This document shows positions 35,486 to 45,900 of a stretch of 51,046 bases of DNA, piece after piece. A program made the translations under genes and the position numbers. The notes beneath the pieces were generated by a model, which saw nothing but the letters and a program-made list of their open reading frames with translations, was not told where the DNA came from and did not search any database. The DNA is from a virus: the UHGV virus genome UHGV-1266211; one strand, 5' to 3'. Numbering within the stretch: position 1 is the first letter of the stretch; each line of letters begins with the position of its first letter.

Positions 35486-38400
35486 TGACAGACCAGATCG
35501 CCTCGATTACTTTGCGGGCCGATGTTTCTGACCTGAAAACAGCCAGCAACGAACTGGATAAACTCGGCCAGGCGGCGGCCGGTGCTGTAGATAAAGCGGA
35601 TGATTTAAATAGCGTGTTCCGCGCTGGGGCTGAATCTGCGAAGCAAGGCAGCGAAGGACTCAAGGAGCAGCAGAACGCGCTCAAAGGGCTGCTGGAGAAT
35701 ATCGACCCGGTTACCAAGGCCTTAAACCGCCTGGATGAGCAGCAAGAATCGCTGCGGAAATTCCAGGCCAAAGGTTTCCTGGATACCGATACCTTTCAGG
35801 CATACAACAAAATCCTGGATGACACCCGCCTCAAGCTGACCGACACCGGAGAAGCCGCGGCGCGTGCTCAGGCCGAATTAGCCGCTACCCAGGCGGCAGA
35901 GAAGCAGTCCGCAGCGTTAAAGAACCTTCTTGGATCCATCGACCCGACTATCCGCGCGTTCAATTCGTTGGATGAACAGCACGCACAGCTGGTGGAACAT
36001 TTCGAAGCTGGGCGCATTAACGGTGCTCAGTTCGAGCACTTCAACACAATCCTTAACCAGACGCGTGAGCGCCTCTCTGGTGTCGCTGACGTACTACCAG
36101 AGGCGCTATCCCGGCAGGAAGCTGCTGCCCGGCGCGCTGGAATCTCCGTTGGTCAGTACAGCGCAGCAATGCGCACGCTTCCGGCGCAATTCACCGATAT
36201 CGCCACGCAGCTGGCTGGCGGTCAGTCGCCGTTCCTGATTCTGCTGCAACAGGGCGGGCAGATTAAAGACCAGTTCGGCTCGGTTCAGGGGGCGCTGTCC
36301 GGCGTCGGCGAATACATCCGCAGCATGGCTGGGATGATTAACCCTACCACAATCGCACTTGGTGGGCTGATTGGCACGATCGGCCTGCTGGCTGCCGCAG
36401 CGTATAACTCCTCGGAGCAATTTGAGCAGGTGGCACGCTCTGTCATCATGATGGGTGGGGCTGGCTTCTCCTCAATGCAGCAGCTCAACCAGGCCGCTGA
36501 GGAAGTGGCTGGCAAGACGAATACATCGATTAGCTCCACCGTCGATACGCTGGTTACGTTGAACGATACTGGCAAATATACCGCAAGCCAGATGAAGCAG
36601 GTCGCAACGACCATCACCCTCATGGGTAAGGCCGGAAATGATACCAAAGCGGCAATAAGCGACTTCGGAAAGATTGTCAGCGATCCGGTTAAAGGGCTTG
36701 CCAGCCTCAATGAACAATATGGTTTCGTTGATGAAGCCATGATCAAGCACATTATCCAGCTACGTAAGCAGAAGGGTGAGCAGGCGGCTGTTACCGAAGC
36801 TATTGAGCTGTTTGCAGGCGTCATGGCAAAGCGCGCAGAGGAGACCAACAAAGCGACCGATAATATCGGTCAAACGTGGGAAAACCTTAAAAAGAGCGCT
36901 TCTGACACCTTTGGCGATATAGGTATTACCGTGCGCGCATGGGGAAACCAGATCATTGATATTTTCGAACTGGTTAAATCCTCGATCAAAGACTTGTTCC
37001 TCAATATCACCTCTCTGGACGCCAAGTTCACCAGCACCATCGCTGGCTGGGCAGACAAAATCCCGGGTGGCGGTGCGCTGGCTAATTTCCTCGGCATGGA
37101 CGTTGAGGCAATGAAAAAGGCTGGAGCGGAGGCGGACAAAGAGATTGAGGCGAACAAAAAACGCTATAACGAGCTTTGGAAGCGCGTCACTGCGCCTAAC
37201 GCACAGGCAAACTATGAGGCTGAAGCGCGAGGGTCTAACGTAAAAGGTGATGGAGGAACAAGTCGAGAATCAAGAGACGCAGTCTCGAAGCTTGCACAAG
37301 ACTCAGCCAAAAAGACCAAAGAGGCAAAAGCCACGCTGGATGCTGGCGATCGCACTCTTGAGAACTACCGCGCCCAGGCCAGAACGTTAACTGAAACACT
37401 CGAAACGTTGCGCAAGACTGGGGAGACTCAGGTCAGATATACCGAGTTCAGCAAACAGCAATCCCATTTTGCCGAGCTGGACGAGGCTGCTAAGACCCGC
37501 GCGCTGACCGCACAGGAGAAATCTCTTCTATCGAACCGAGAGGCCATCCTCAACGCCGCCAAAGTTGTGGATCAGAAAAATAAGGAAGTCGAGGCCCAGC
37601 AGAAGATTAACGGCCTGGCGCAGCAGGCAAATAAGTATGTTACGCAGATGACTGAAAAGTCTGAGGCATTGCGTAGCGGGGCTGGGTTAAGTAGTCGCAT
37701 GGCCCAGCGAATGACCGAAGAGGCGCAGCTTCGGCAGGGCTGGCTAAATGGCGGTGGTAATCTAGAGGATGCTGGCTACGAGAAAGAGCTGGCAGCTCTT
37801 CGTAACTACTACGCCGAAGAGGATAAGCTACGGGGTGACTGGAAAGCAGGGGCAGTTAGTGGCTGGAATGAATATCTTGAGGCCGCCACGAATACCTATG
37901 ACGCCGTGAAGAACGTCGCCAGCTCCACGCTGACCGGCTTGAGCGACATGCTGACTGAGCTGATGATCACTGGCAAAGCATCAGTTAAAGAATTCGGTAA
38001 ATCCATGCTCAAGATGATCCTGGATGTTACGAACCGCCTCATGGTTGCCTACGCAGTGCAGGCCGCAATGGGATGGGTAAACGGAGGGGCAGGAGGTGGC
38101 AACACACCCGGTGGAGCATACGCGAACGCTGCTGCAGGCGTAACGTTCAACGCTAAAGGCGGAGTCTATGAATCGCCGGGCCTAAGCAAGTATGTGAATG
38201 GCGTCTACGATTCTCCTCAGTACTTCACGTTCCAGGGGGCATCTAAGTTTGCGAAAGGGGGGGTCTTTGGAGAGGCAGGGCCGGAAGCTATTATGCCGTT
38301 AGCTAAAGATTCAGCAGGGCGGTTGGGTGTACGCGCCCAAGGAGGTGGAAGTATTGCTCCTGTAATTAATACCGTCATTAATGTTGAGGCTAATGGTAAT

Positions 38401-38538
38401 GTATCAACCAGCACATCGTCGGATGGTGATGCAATGGCGCGTGCTTTAGCCAAGCAGATCAATGATCAGGCAAAAATGATAGTGCTCAATGAGCTTAAGC
38501 CTTCTGGCGCTATCTACAACTACATTAACAAGCGATAA
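35485..38538 (+). CDS. Tail tape measure protein
   Basis: 1017 aa, coiled-coil N-terminus, Gly-rich hydrophobic middle, position after G/G-T. Confidence 0.9.
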   Translation: MTDQIASITLRADVSDLKTASNELDKLGQAAAGAVDKADDLNSVFRAGAESAKQGSEGLKEQQNALKGLLENIDPVTKALNRLDEQQESLRKFQAKGFLDTDTFQAYNKILDDTRLKLTDTGEAAARAQAELAATQAAEKQSAALKNLLGSIDPTIRAFNSLDEQHAQLVEHFEAGRINGAQFEHFNTILNQTRERLSGVADVLPEALSRQEAAARRAGISVGQYSAAMRTLPAQFTDIATQLAGGQSPFLILLQQGGQIKDQFGSVQGALSGVGEYIRSMAGMINPTTIALGGLIGTIGLLAAAAYNSSEQFEQVARSVIMMGGAGFSSMQQLNQAAEEVAGKTNTSISSTVDTLVTLNDTGKYTASQMKQVATTITLMGKAGNDTKAAISDFGKIVSDPVKGLASLNEQYGFVDEAMIKHIIQLRKQKGEQAAVTEAIELFAGVMAKRAEETNKATDNIGQTWENLKKSASDTFGDIGITVRAWGNQIIDIFELVKSSIKDLFLNITSLDAKFTSTIAGWADKIPGGGALANFLGMDVEAMKKAGAEADKEIEANKKRYNELWKRVTAPNAQANYEAEARGSNVKGDGGTSRESRDAVSKLAQDSAKKTKEAKATLDAGDRTLENYRAQARTLTETLETLRKTGETQVRYTEFSKQQSHFAELDEAAKTRALTAQEKSLLSNREAILNAAKVVDQKNKEVEAQQKINGLAQQANKYVTQMTEKSEALRSGAGLSSRMAQRMTEEAQLRQGWLNGGGNLEDAGYEKELAALRNYYAEEDKLRGDWKAGAVSGWNEYLEAATNTYDAVKNVASSTLTGLSDMLTELMITGKASVKEFGKSMLKMILDVTNRLMVAYAVQAAMGWVNGGAGGGNTPGGAYANAAAGVTFNAKGGVYESPGLSKYVNGVYDSPQYFTFQGASKFAKGGVFGEAGPEAIMPLAKDSAGRLGVRAQGGGSIAPVINTVINVEANGNVSTSTSSDGDAMARALAKQINDQAKMIVLNELKPSGAIYNYINKR

Positions 38539-38551
38539 TTGAGAGGTTTTA

Positions 38552-38764
38552 ATGGACTTAAAAGTTGACGGCATCAATGTTTATGATGATGAGGAAGGAA
38601 AGATTGTTTCAGTAACCGTGCATGTAATGAGGGATGAATATCGAAGTCATGCAACGACATACGTTGAGCTCCCGTATTCTGATGCGCTGACAATCCATGA
38701 AATTCACACGCAGGCGCTCAATGCCGCCAAAGAGAAACTTAAGCTGATCGCAAGCAGCATCTGA
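38552..38764 (+). CDS. Hypothetical small protein (moron)
   Basis: 70 aa inserted between tape measure and M. Confidence 0.45.
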   Translation: MDLKVDGINVYDDEEGKIVSVTVHVMRDEYRSHATTYVELPYSDALTIHEIHTQALNAAKEKLKLIASSI

Positions 38765-38819
38765 TCGTTACATTCTGACATCCCCTGGTTAATATGTAAA
38801 AAACCATATTGTTCAGGGG

Positions 38820-39248
38820 ATGATAATGAAATTACTCTTCATTAGCGTTGTTGCGTTGTGTTTGGCCGGTTGTGCTACTGAAGCCGTTTTACCAAGCCAG
38901 GCGAAACAAGCACCCAAAGAACGATTGCTCAAGTTCCAGTCGCCAGGTGTAGGGGAACAGGCGAAGCTAATTGTGGTGCGCGATAAAGGATTTCTTGGAA
39001 GCGGTTGTTTCGTCGGCGTGTACCTAAACCAAGAGAAGGCAGCTATTTTGGATCCAGGTGAGAAGGCCGAATTTTACCTCAAACCGGGAGAATGGAATGT
39101 TGCTTTAATGGGGGAAGGAAAGATGTGCATCGCTGACAAGATACCTGCTGGAAGAGACTTTGTGCTCACTGCGAACACTACAAAAGCCGTCCGTTTATTT
39201 GCAGATCCGAGCGGAAACACTGACGTCAAAACACTGCCGAACCAATAG
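38820..39248 (+). CDS. Lipoprotein (moron in tail cluster)
   Basis: Signal peptide plus lipobox LAGC. Confidence 0.65.
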   Translation: MIMKLLFISVVALCLAGCATEAVLPSQAKQAPKERLLKFQSPGVGEQAKLIVVRDKGFLGSGCFVGVYLNQEKAAILDPGEKAEFYLKPGEWNVALMGEGKMCIADKIPAGRDFVLTANTTKAVRLFADPSGNTDVKTLPNQ

Positions 39249-39267
39249 CCCCCAATACCTAATAACC

Positions 39268-39291
39268 AGCCTCGTATCCGCGGGGCTTTTT
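39268..39291 (+). terminator. Terminator hairpin (copy 3 of recurring motif)
   Basis: agcctcg-tatccg-cggggct plus T5. Confidence 0.55.
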
Positions 39292-39709
39292 GTTGTTGCA
39301 GGTGGGCGGGGTGGTTAAAAAGTGAGCACCACATTCAAGGGGGCCGAAATATTACAGCAATCTTTGTTGTCGTGCATTCCAACCAAGTCATGTATTTTGT
39401 GCAAAAAGTGCTATTTATGGCCTTCTTGAACTCTTCAACCGGATCATAGGCCCAGCCTATCTCCTGAGAACGTGACAATAGTTTACTATTACCTGAGGGG
39501 TAACTTCTGCGAAAGTGTGGCTAACTTGCAAAGTGGCCGCGATAAAATTCGTCGAACATGCATCTATCTTCAGACATAGGCCCATTGCTCAAATATGACG
39601 AATGGTATTAAATTGTCCTCAACCACTTGAAGTGGTCATTAATTCTTTGGATGTGTTTACATCCTACAATTTGAGAAAGCACTGCCAAACGTGCATGAGG
39701 GTGATAATC

Positions 39710-39889
39710 ATGGGTCACGCATTAAAAAAGGCAGATCGCTTGTACATTCCGCCTCGTGACAAATCCACGGTGGCGAAACCTCGTGCAGCGATCAGCGAAG
39801 CATGTTCACACACTGGTCAAGTTAAAAATGCCTTTGAGTTTGGGTTTGCTCGTTATGAGAAGGCGATGGAAGAACTTTCAAAGGTCTGA
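39710..39889 (+). CDS. Small protein upstream of Doc (candidate antitoxin)
   Basis: 59-aa ORF ending 10 bp before the Doc start; no recognisable Phd motif. Confidence 0.3.
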   Translation: MGHALKKADRLYIPPRDKSTVAKPRAAISEACSHTGQVKNAFEFGFARYEKAMEELSKV

Positions 39890-39899
39890 GTAGAAACGG

Positions 39900-40397
39900 A
39901 TGACGATAGAGTATGTTGAAGGAGTCAATTATCTTTCCATTGACGATATCGTTTACATCAATAGGTCTCTGATCGAGACTCAGACGCCAAATGAGCCAAT
40001 AGGCGTACTGAATCCGAACAACCTCAGTTCTTCACAGTCCAGACCAAGTACGATTCGATATTATGAGCAGACAGACGATATGTTTCGCCTGTCTGCTGTT
40101 CTTATTGAAAGCCTGATCCAGAATCATCCATTCGCAAATGCAAACAAACGCACCGCTATGATGGCTGGATACGTATTCCTGTTGCTGAATGGATATGAGC
40201 TTACAGCACCCAGTGATGAGGTCGTAACCATCGCAGAGGGTTTGGCTCGTAAGGATTACTCAGTGGAAGACCTGGAAAATTGGTTATGCCACTGGTCCCG
40301 AGAGTACGATTCCAGAACGTTATGTGCAACAGGCGGAAATTCGCTTCAGGCTCTCGTGGCGACTTCACACTACATCCGAATCATATCGAATAACTGA
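39900..40397 (+). CDS. Fic/Doc-family toxin (death-on-curing-like)
   Basis: HPFANANKRTAMMAGYVFLLLNGY matches the Fic/Doc HxFx(D/N)(A/G)NKR motif. Confidence 0.8.
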   Translation: MTIEYVEGVNYLSIDDIVYINRSLIETQTPNEPIGVLNPNNLSSSQSRPSTIRYYEQTDDMFRLSAVLIESLIQNHPFANANKRTAMMAGYVFLLLNGYELTAPSDEVVTIAEGLARKDYSVEDLENWLCHWSREYDSRTLCATGGNSLQALVATSHYIRIISNN

Positions 40398-40443
40398 ATC
40401 CGCTAAGAGGCGGTTTTTTTGCCGACCAATACTGAATTATATA

Positions 40444-40465
40444 ACCCGCTTCGGCGGGTTTTTTT
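40444..40465 (+). terminator. Strong rho-independent terminator 12 bp upstream of tail gene M
   Basis: acccgc-ttcg-gcgggt plus T7; weaker hairpin at 40400-40420. Confidence 0.65.
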
Positions 40466-40476
40466 ATGGAGCAAAT

Positions 40477-40827
40477 ATGGCCGTTGAAACATACAACTGG
40501 CGATCTCAGCTCGGGGCTGGCGCGATTGAATATAGTCAAACGGTGCGTGCTGCGCAGTTTGGCGATGGCTACGAACAGGTGGCCGAGAACGGCATCAACT
40601 CCACGGCGATCCAGGTGCCAATGAAACACGTTGGCAGTGAGTCTGAGGTAAACGCAGTGCGCGACTTCCTCCTGGCTCATACCGTTAAAGCTTTTATCAT
40701 CACGCCGCCCGGCGAAGCGAAGGGGCTTTATCGGGTAGTCGCCGATTCCGTACGGAAAAATCAGATCAGCAGCAAGTTTGCTGAGCTGACGTTCACCATC
40801 AAACGGGCTTACGGAGTGTATGCATAA
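40477..40827 (+). CDS. Minor tail protein M
   Basis: ...VRAAQFGDGYEQ... similar to lambda M FGDGYSQ region. Confidence 0.8.
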   Translation: MAVETYNWRSQLGAGAIEYSQTVRAAQFGDGYEQVAENGINSTAIQVPMKHVGSESEVNAVRDFLLAHTVKAFIITPPGEAKGLYRVVADSVRKNQISSKFAELTFTIKRAYGVYA

Positions 40828-41597
40828 TGGCATTAGTCGATCAGGCGGCGATGCTGGCACCGGGTGGCAGAGTTCGCCTGGTTGAAGTTGACGCCTCAGA
40901 GTTCAGTGGCGGTATTCACCGTTTCCACTACGCACCTTTCCCCCATACACCGGAAGAGATCGACGCTGCCAATGGTGATGAAGAAAAGCTCGGACCAAAG
41001 CCAATCGTATTCGGTGGCAATACCTACGATTTTTGGCCGTTTCAGGTAGCAGGCCTGGAGCTTTCAACAGACCAGGCCGCAGAGCCGACACTCAGCGTTT
41101 CCAACCTCGACGGTCATATCACGGCGCTATGCCTGCAATTTAAAGACATGGTTAATGCCAAAGTGAGCATTATCGACACCTATTCGGTTTACCTCGATGC
41201 CGTGAATTACCCTGGTGGGGTGAACCCGACCGCAGACCCGTCGATGTTCACGCTTCAGACCTTCTGGCTTGACACGAAAACCTCCGAAGACGACGAAGTG
41301 GTTTCATGGTCACTCAGTAGCCCCGCAGACTTGCAGGGGCTTGTTATCCCAACCAGACAAATCACCTCGCTCTGTGAATGGGCGCTACGCGGGCAGTACC
41401 GGAGCGGCGATGGATGCACCTATAACGGTACGGCATATTTCGACGCGAAGGGGAACCAGGTTTCAGATCCTGCCCTTGATGTATGTGGTGGATGCTTCAG
41501 TGACTGCCGTAAACGATTTGGCGCCGGCCTGGCAGATCCTAACGCGGCAATTCTCGACTTTGGCGGCTTTCCGGCAACCGTTCTCTTCACCCGATAA
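40827..41597 (+). CDS. Minor tail protein L
   Basis: ...PTLSVSNLDGHITAL ... YLDAVNYPGG ... collinear with lambda L. Confidence 0.85.
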   Translation: MALVDQAAMLAPGGRVRLVEVDASEFSGGIHRFHYAPFPHTPEEIDAANGDEEKLGPKPIVFGGNTYDFWPFQVAGLELSTDQAAEPTLSVSNLDGHITALCLQFKDMVNAKVSIIDTYSVYLDAVNYPGGVNPTADPSMFTLQTFWLDTKTSEDDEVVSWSLSSPADLQGLVIPTRQITSLCEWALRGQYRSGDGCTYNGTAYFDAKGNQVSDPALDVCGGCFSDCRKRFGAGLADPNAAILDFGGFPATVLFTR

Positions 41598-41609
41598 CCG
41601 GACATAGCA

Positions 41610-42341
41610 ATGAATAAAACCATATTGGCAGCTATCCGTGCTCATGCGCTGGAGGAATCCCCGCGCGAGAGCTGCGGATTCGTTATTCAGTCTGGCCGTC
41701 GCCAGCGCTATATTCCTGTACCAAACACTCACGAAAATCCAACAGAGCATTTCCGCATCGATGGCGAGCATTGGGCGAACGCCGAAGATATCGGGACGAT
41801 TGTGCGCGTCATCCATTCCCATCCTGGCGATGGAGCAAGGCCGATTCCATCCGATCTGGACCGCCAGCAATGCAACAACTCCGGCGTGGTCTGGGGTATT
41901 TACGCGCCGGATAGCGACGAATACGCTGAGATAATGCCGGAGGCGGTACCCCTTATCGGGCGTCCGTTTATTCTGGGCTCAAATGACTGCTGGGGGCTGG
42001 TAATGGATTGGCATGCCACCCAAGGCGTGAAGCTGAACGATTTTCGCGTCGATTACCCGTGGTGGGAAAGCCAGTACCCGGACAATCTCTATTTCGAAAA
42101 CTGGGAGCGGGAAGGGTTTGTCGAATGCGATCCGGCACCAGGCTGTATGGTCATCATGCAGGTTGAATCCAGTAAGTGGAACCACGCGGGGATCATTACC
42201 GAGGAAGGTGAACTGCTTCACCATCTGTATGGGCAGCCATCCTGCATCACGCCGTATGCGCGTGGTTATTTCAAAGACAGGACGATGATCTGCGTCCGTC
42301 ACAAGGACCTGCCACAGGAGATAAAGCCATGGCGCGTTTAA
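41610..42341 (+). CDS. Tail assembly protein K (JAB/MPN + NlpC/P60)
   Basis: HSHPGD (JAMM-like) and later Cys/His pattern; position. Confidence 0.85.
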   Translation: MNKTILAAIRAHALEESPRESCGFVIQSGRRQRYIPVPNTHENPTEHFRIDGEHWANAEDIGTIVRVIHSHPGDGARPIPSDLDRQQCNNSGVVWGIYAPDSDEYAEIMPEAVPLIGRPFILGSNDCWGLVMDWHATQGVKLNDFRVDYPWWESQYPDNLYFENWEREGFVECDPAPGCMVIMQVESSKWNHAGIITEEGELLHHLYGQPSCITPYARGYFKDRTMICVRHKDLPQEIKPWRV

Positions 42342-42928
42342 CCACTATTCGTCTGTATGGCGCACTGGGCGCCCGGTTCGGGCGCGTGCATAAACTGGCA
42401 GTGCAGACATCTGCCGAAGCGGTCAAAGCCCTGTGTATCAACTTCGACGGACTGGAAGACTATCTAATGAATGCAAAAAAAAATGGCATGACCTTCGCGG
42501 TGTTTCGCGGTAAGCGCAACATAGGCGTGCAGGACTTCCAGGAGCTGGCAGGCGATAGCGATATTCGCATAGCGCCGGTTATGGAGGGGGCGAAGAAGGC
42601 GGGTATGTTCCAGACCATCTTGGGGGCAGTGATGGTGGTCGCCGGTATTATCGTCGGCGTGGCGACCGGCTGGACCGGTGTAGGTCTCACCTTTGGTGCC
42701 GGACTTATCATGTCGGGCGCGTCAATGATGGCTGGTGGAATTTACCAGATGCTTTCGCCCCAGCCCAAAGGACTACAGGGGCGAGACGATCCTGACAATA
42801 AACCATCATATGCCTTCGGTGGCTCGGTGAATACCCTTGCGATGGGTAACCCGGTCGCGCTTCTTTATGGTGAGCGCGAGATTGGCGGCGCCATCATCAG
42901 GGCCGGCATAGTCGCAGAAGACATCTAA
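42329..42928 (+). CDS. Tail assembly protein I
   Basis: N-terminal ubiquitin-like part, Gly-rich hydrophobic C-terminus; position. Confidence 0.8.
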   Translation: MARLTTIRLYGALGARFGRVHKLAVQTSAEAVKALCINFDGLEDYLMNAKKNGMTFAVFRGKRNIGVQDFQELAGDSDIRIAPVMEGAKKAGMFQTILGAVMVVAGIIVGVATGWTGVGLTFGAGLIMSGASMMAGGIYQMLSPQPKGLQGRDDPDNKPSYAFGGSVNTLAMGNPVALLYGEREIGGAIIRAGIVAEDI

Positions 42929-42947
42929 AACTCCTTTCTGAATATCA

Positions 42948-42971
42948 AGCACCCAATTGGGTGCTTTTTTT
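42948..42971 (+). terminator. Rho-independent terminator between I and J
   Basis: agcaccc-aatt-gggtgct plus T7. Confidence 0.6.
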
Positions 42972-42982
42972 ATGGATGTAAT

Positions 42983-45900
42983 ATGGAAGCGATCACTGGT
43001 GCAAAGGGTGGCAGCCAGAAGCAGCACACACCTGTAGAACAGCCCGATTCGGCTCAGTCAATGGCGCGCTGCCGCATGCTGCTGGCGCTCGGGGAGGGGG
43101 AGTTTGCTGGTGGCCTGGATGCGACCCGGATATTCCTGGACGGTACGCCGTTGGGAAACCCCGACGGAACGATGAATTTTGAAAATGTGTCATGGGATTT
43201 CCGGCCTGGCACACAGACCCAGACACCAATACCGGGATTCCCTGCAGTCGAGAATGAAACTACGGTTGGGGTATCGCTGACAAAGGCCACACCATGGACC
43301 CGCGCACTGAGTAACACCCAGATTGACGCGGTGCTGGTTCGTATTGGCATCCCTGGGTTACAGCAGCAGGAAAACGATGGGGATATTGTCGGCACTACGG
43401 TTCAGTACCATATTGATCTGGCGGTGGACGGTGGCGCTTACTCGACAGTCATGACGAAAACCGTCACAGAGAAGCTCAGCTCGCTCTATGAACTAACCCA
43501 CCGTATTAATCTTCCCAAAGCCAGCACTGGCTGGCAAATTCGAGTGGTGCGTGACACCGATGACAGCACCAGCCAGATGCTGCAGAACAAAACGCAGGTG
43601 CAAGCGATTACTGAAGTGATCGATGCTCGCCTGCGATATCCACACACAGCGCTGCTGTACGTGTCCTTTAACGCAAAGTCATTCAACAACATCCCTAAGA
43701 TTTCCTGCATGCCGAAGGGGCGCATCATCCGAATCCCTTCGAACTATGATCCAATAGCGCGGACTTATAGCGGAACATGGGACGGGACGTTTAAATGGGG
43801 CTGGACGAATAACCCGGCGTGGATTTGGTTCGATGTTCTGACTGAGCCGCGCTTCGGCCTTGGGCGCCGCGTGACGCCAGAAATGCTCGATAAGTGGGAG
43901 CTCTATCGCATCGCCCAGCGCTGCGACCAGAAGGTACCCGACGGGAAAGGCGGAAGCGGTACCGAGCCACGCTTCATGTTTGACGTTTACATCCAGTCCC
44001 AGGCTGATGCCTGGCAGGTGATTAAAGATATTGCCGCGGGCTTCAACGGAATGACTTTCTGGGGCAACAACATGTTCAATGTTGTCTCTGACATGCCGGC
44101 GGACACTACGAAGTTGCAGATCCTCACTCGCGCATCAGTGGTGGGTAAGCCGGTGTACTCGAGTGGCAGTGAGAAAAACCGATTCTCCAGCGCGCTGATT
44201 AACTTCAGCGATCCGGATAACCACTACCAGGACCGCACCACGGCAGTGATGTTTCCGGAACTGGTAAGGCAGTTCAAGTTTAAGCAGACACAAATCACTG
44301 CGATCGGTTGTACGCGTGAGAGCGAGGCGCAGCGGCGTGGCGGGTGGGCGGTGTATTCCAACTCCCTTGACCGCATTATCACGCTTCAGACTGGACTTGA
44401 TGGCTTTGTATTCGTGCCGGGCACCGTATTTGCGTTTGCAGATGAACGCCTGTCAGGGCGCGTTTACGGCGGGCGTATCACCGGGTATAACGCTGGTCTT
44501 AAGGCCGTGACCATTGACCGGGGCACCAGTGCGGTGGCGGGCGATACGCTGATGATTCGCACCCAGGGCGGTACCGTTGAAAGCCGGGTGATACAGGCCG
44601 TAAATGGCACGCAGCTGATCCTGTCCACGCCGTTCACGGCGGCGCCATTACCTAATGCCGTATTCGTCATTGATGCTGGTCAGCTGCGCCTGCAGTATTT
44701 CCGGGTAACGAACCTAAAATTTGATGATGAGGAAAACACCTTCACCATTACCGGTGCGGAGTATAACGCGTCGAAATACGACGCCGTTGATAACAATGCT
44801 CGCCTCGATACTCCTCCGATAAGCCTGATTCCGACCGGGCTAGTTAACCAGCCGACCAACATCGTGGTATCGAGCTATGATGCGGTTCGCCAGGGGCAAC
44901 GCGTGGCCACGCTAACCGCCTCGTGGGATGCGCCAATTGATAAAGACGGCAAACTGCAGTCGGACGTAATAGCGTACCGGGCACAGTGGAAGCGCGGAAA
45001 TAACGAATGGGTAAACGTGCCTGAAACCGGGTTACGAAATATCGAAGTGCCTGGCATTTTCGAGGGCGATTACCTTGTGCGCGTCCGTGCGATTAACTCT
45101 GGGGGAGCGTCCAGCCTTTGGGCCACGTCTGCGTTGACCCATCTTACCGGCCGCACCGGTGAAGTGCCCAAACCTGTCGGACTAACAGCAACAGAGGATG
45201 TTGTATTTGGGATCAACATTACATGGGGTTTCCCCGCAGATACCGCCGACACCCTGAGCACGGAACTGCAATACAGCGCTTCAGTCGATGGGGCAAATCC
45301 AATGCTTTTGGCGTCGGTGCCGTATCCTCAGAAACTCTATCAGCAGATGGGGCTGAAGGCAGGGCAGGAATTCTGGTACCGGGCACGGCTGGTTGACCGC
45401 ATCGGGAATCAGAGCGACTGGACAGACTGGGTGCGCGGGCAGGCCAGCATCGATGTTTCCGATATCACCGATGCAATCCTGGAGGACATGAAAGGCTCCG
45501 ATACGTTCAAAGACCTGATCGAGAACGCGGTGGACAGCAATGAAAAAATTGCTGGCATGGCTGACGAAATTAAAAACCATGCCGACGAACTCGAGCAGCA
45601 GGCGAAAGACATCCTGGAGAACGCTGACGGGCTGGCTCAGGCCGAAGTGAAGATCGACGAGATTTCTGTGTCGATGGACGGCATGACGGGAGGAGTGAAG
45701 AACTCGGCAATCGCGATTATTCAGAATGGGCTGGCGCAGGTGGTAAGCCGTCGCTCGCAGACCGCCACGAACGCCGGGAACAGTGCCAGTATAGACAGAG
45801 TGGATACTACGATTGCCGATACCAGCCAGGCGGTCGCACGCGCGCTGGTCACACTGGATGCAGAAGCTGGTGGCAATATCTCTAACTCAACGGACCTGAC

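Noticed and set aside
39074-39334. 86-aa minus-strand ORF overlapping the lipoprotein gene and terminator
   Set aside because: Overlaps a better-supported gene and a terminator hairpin.
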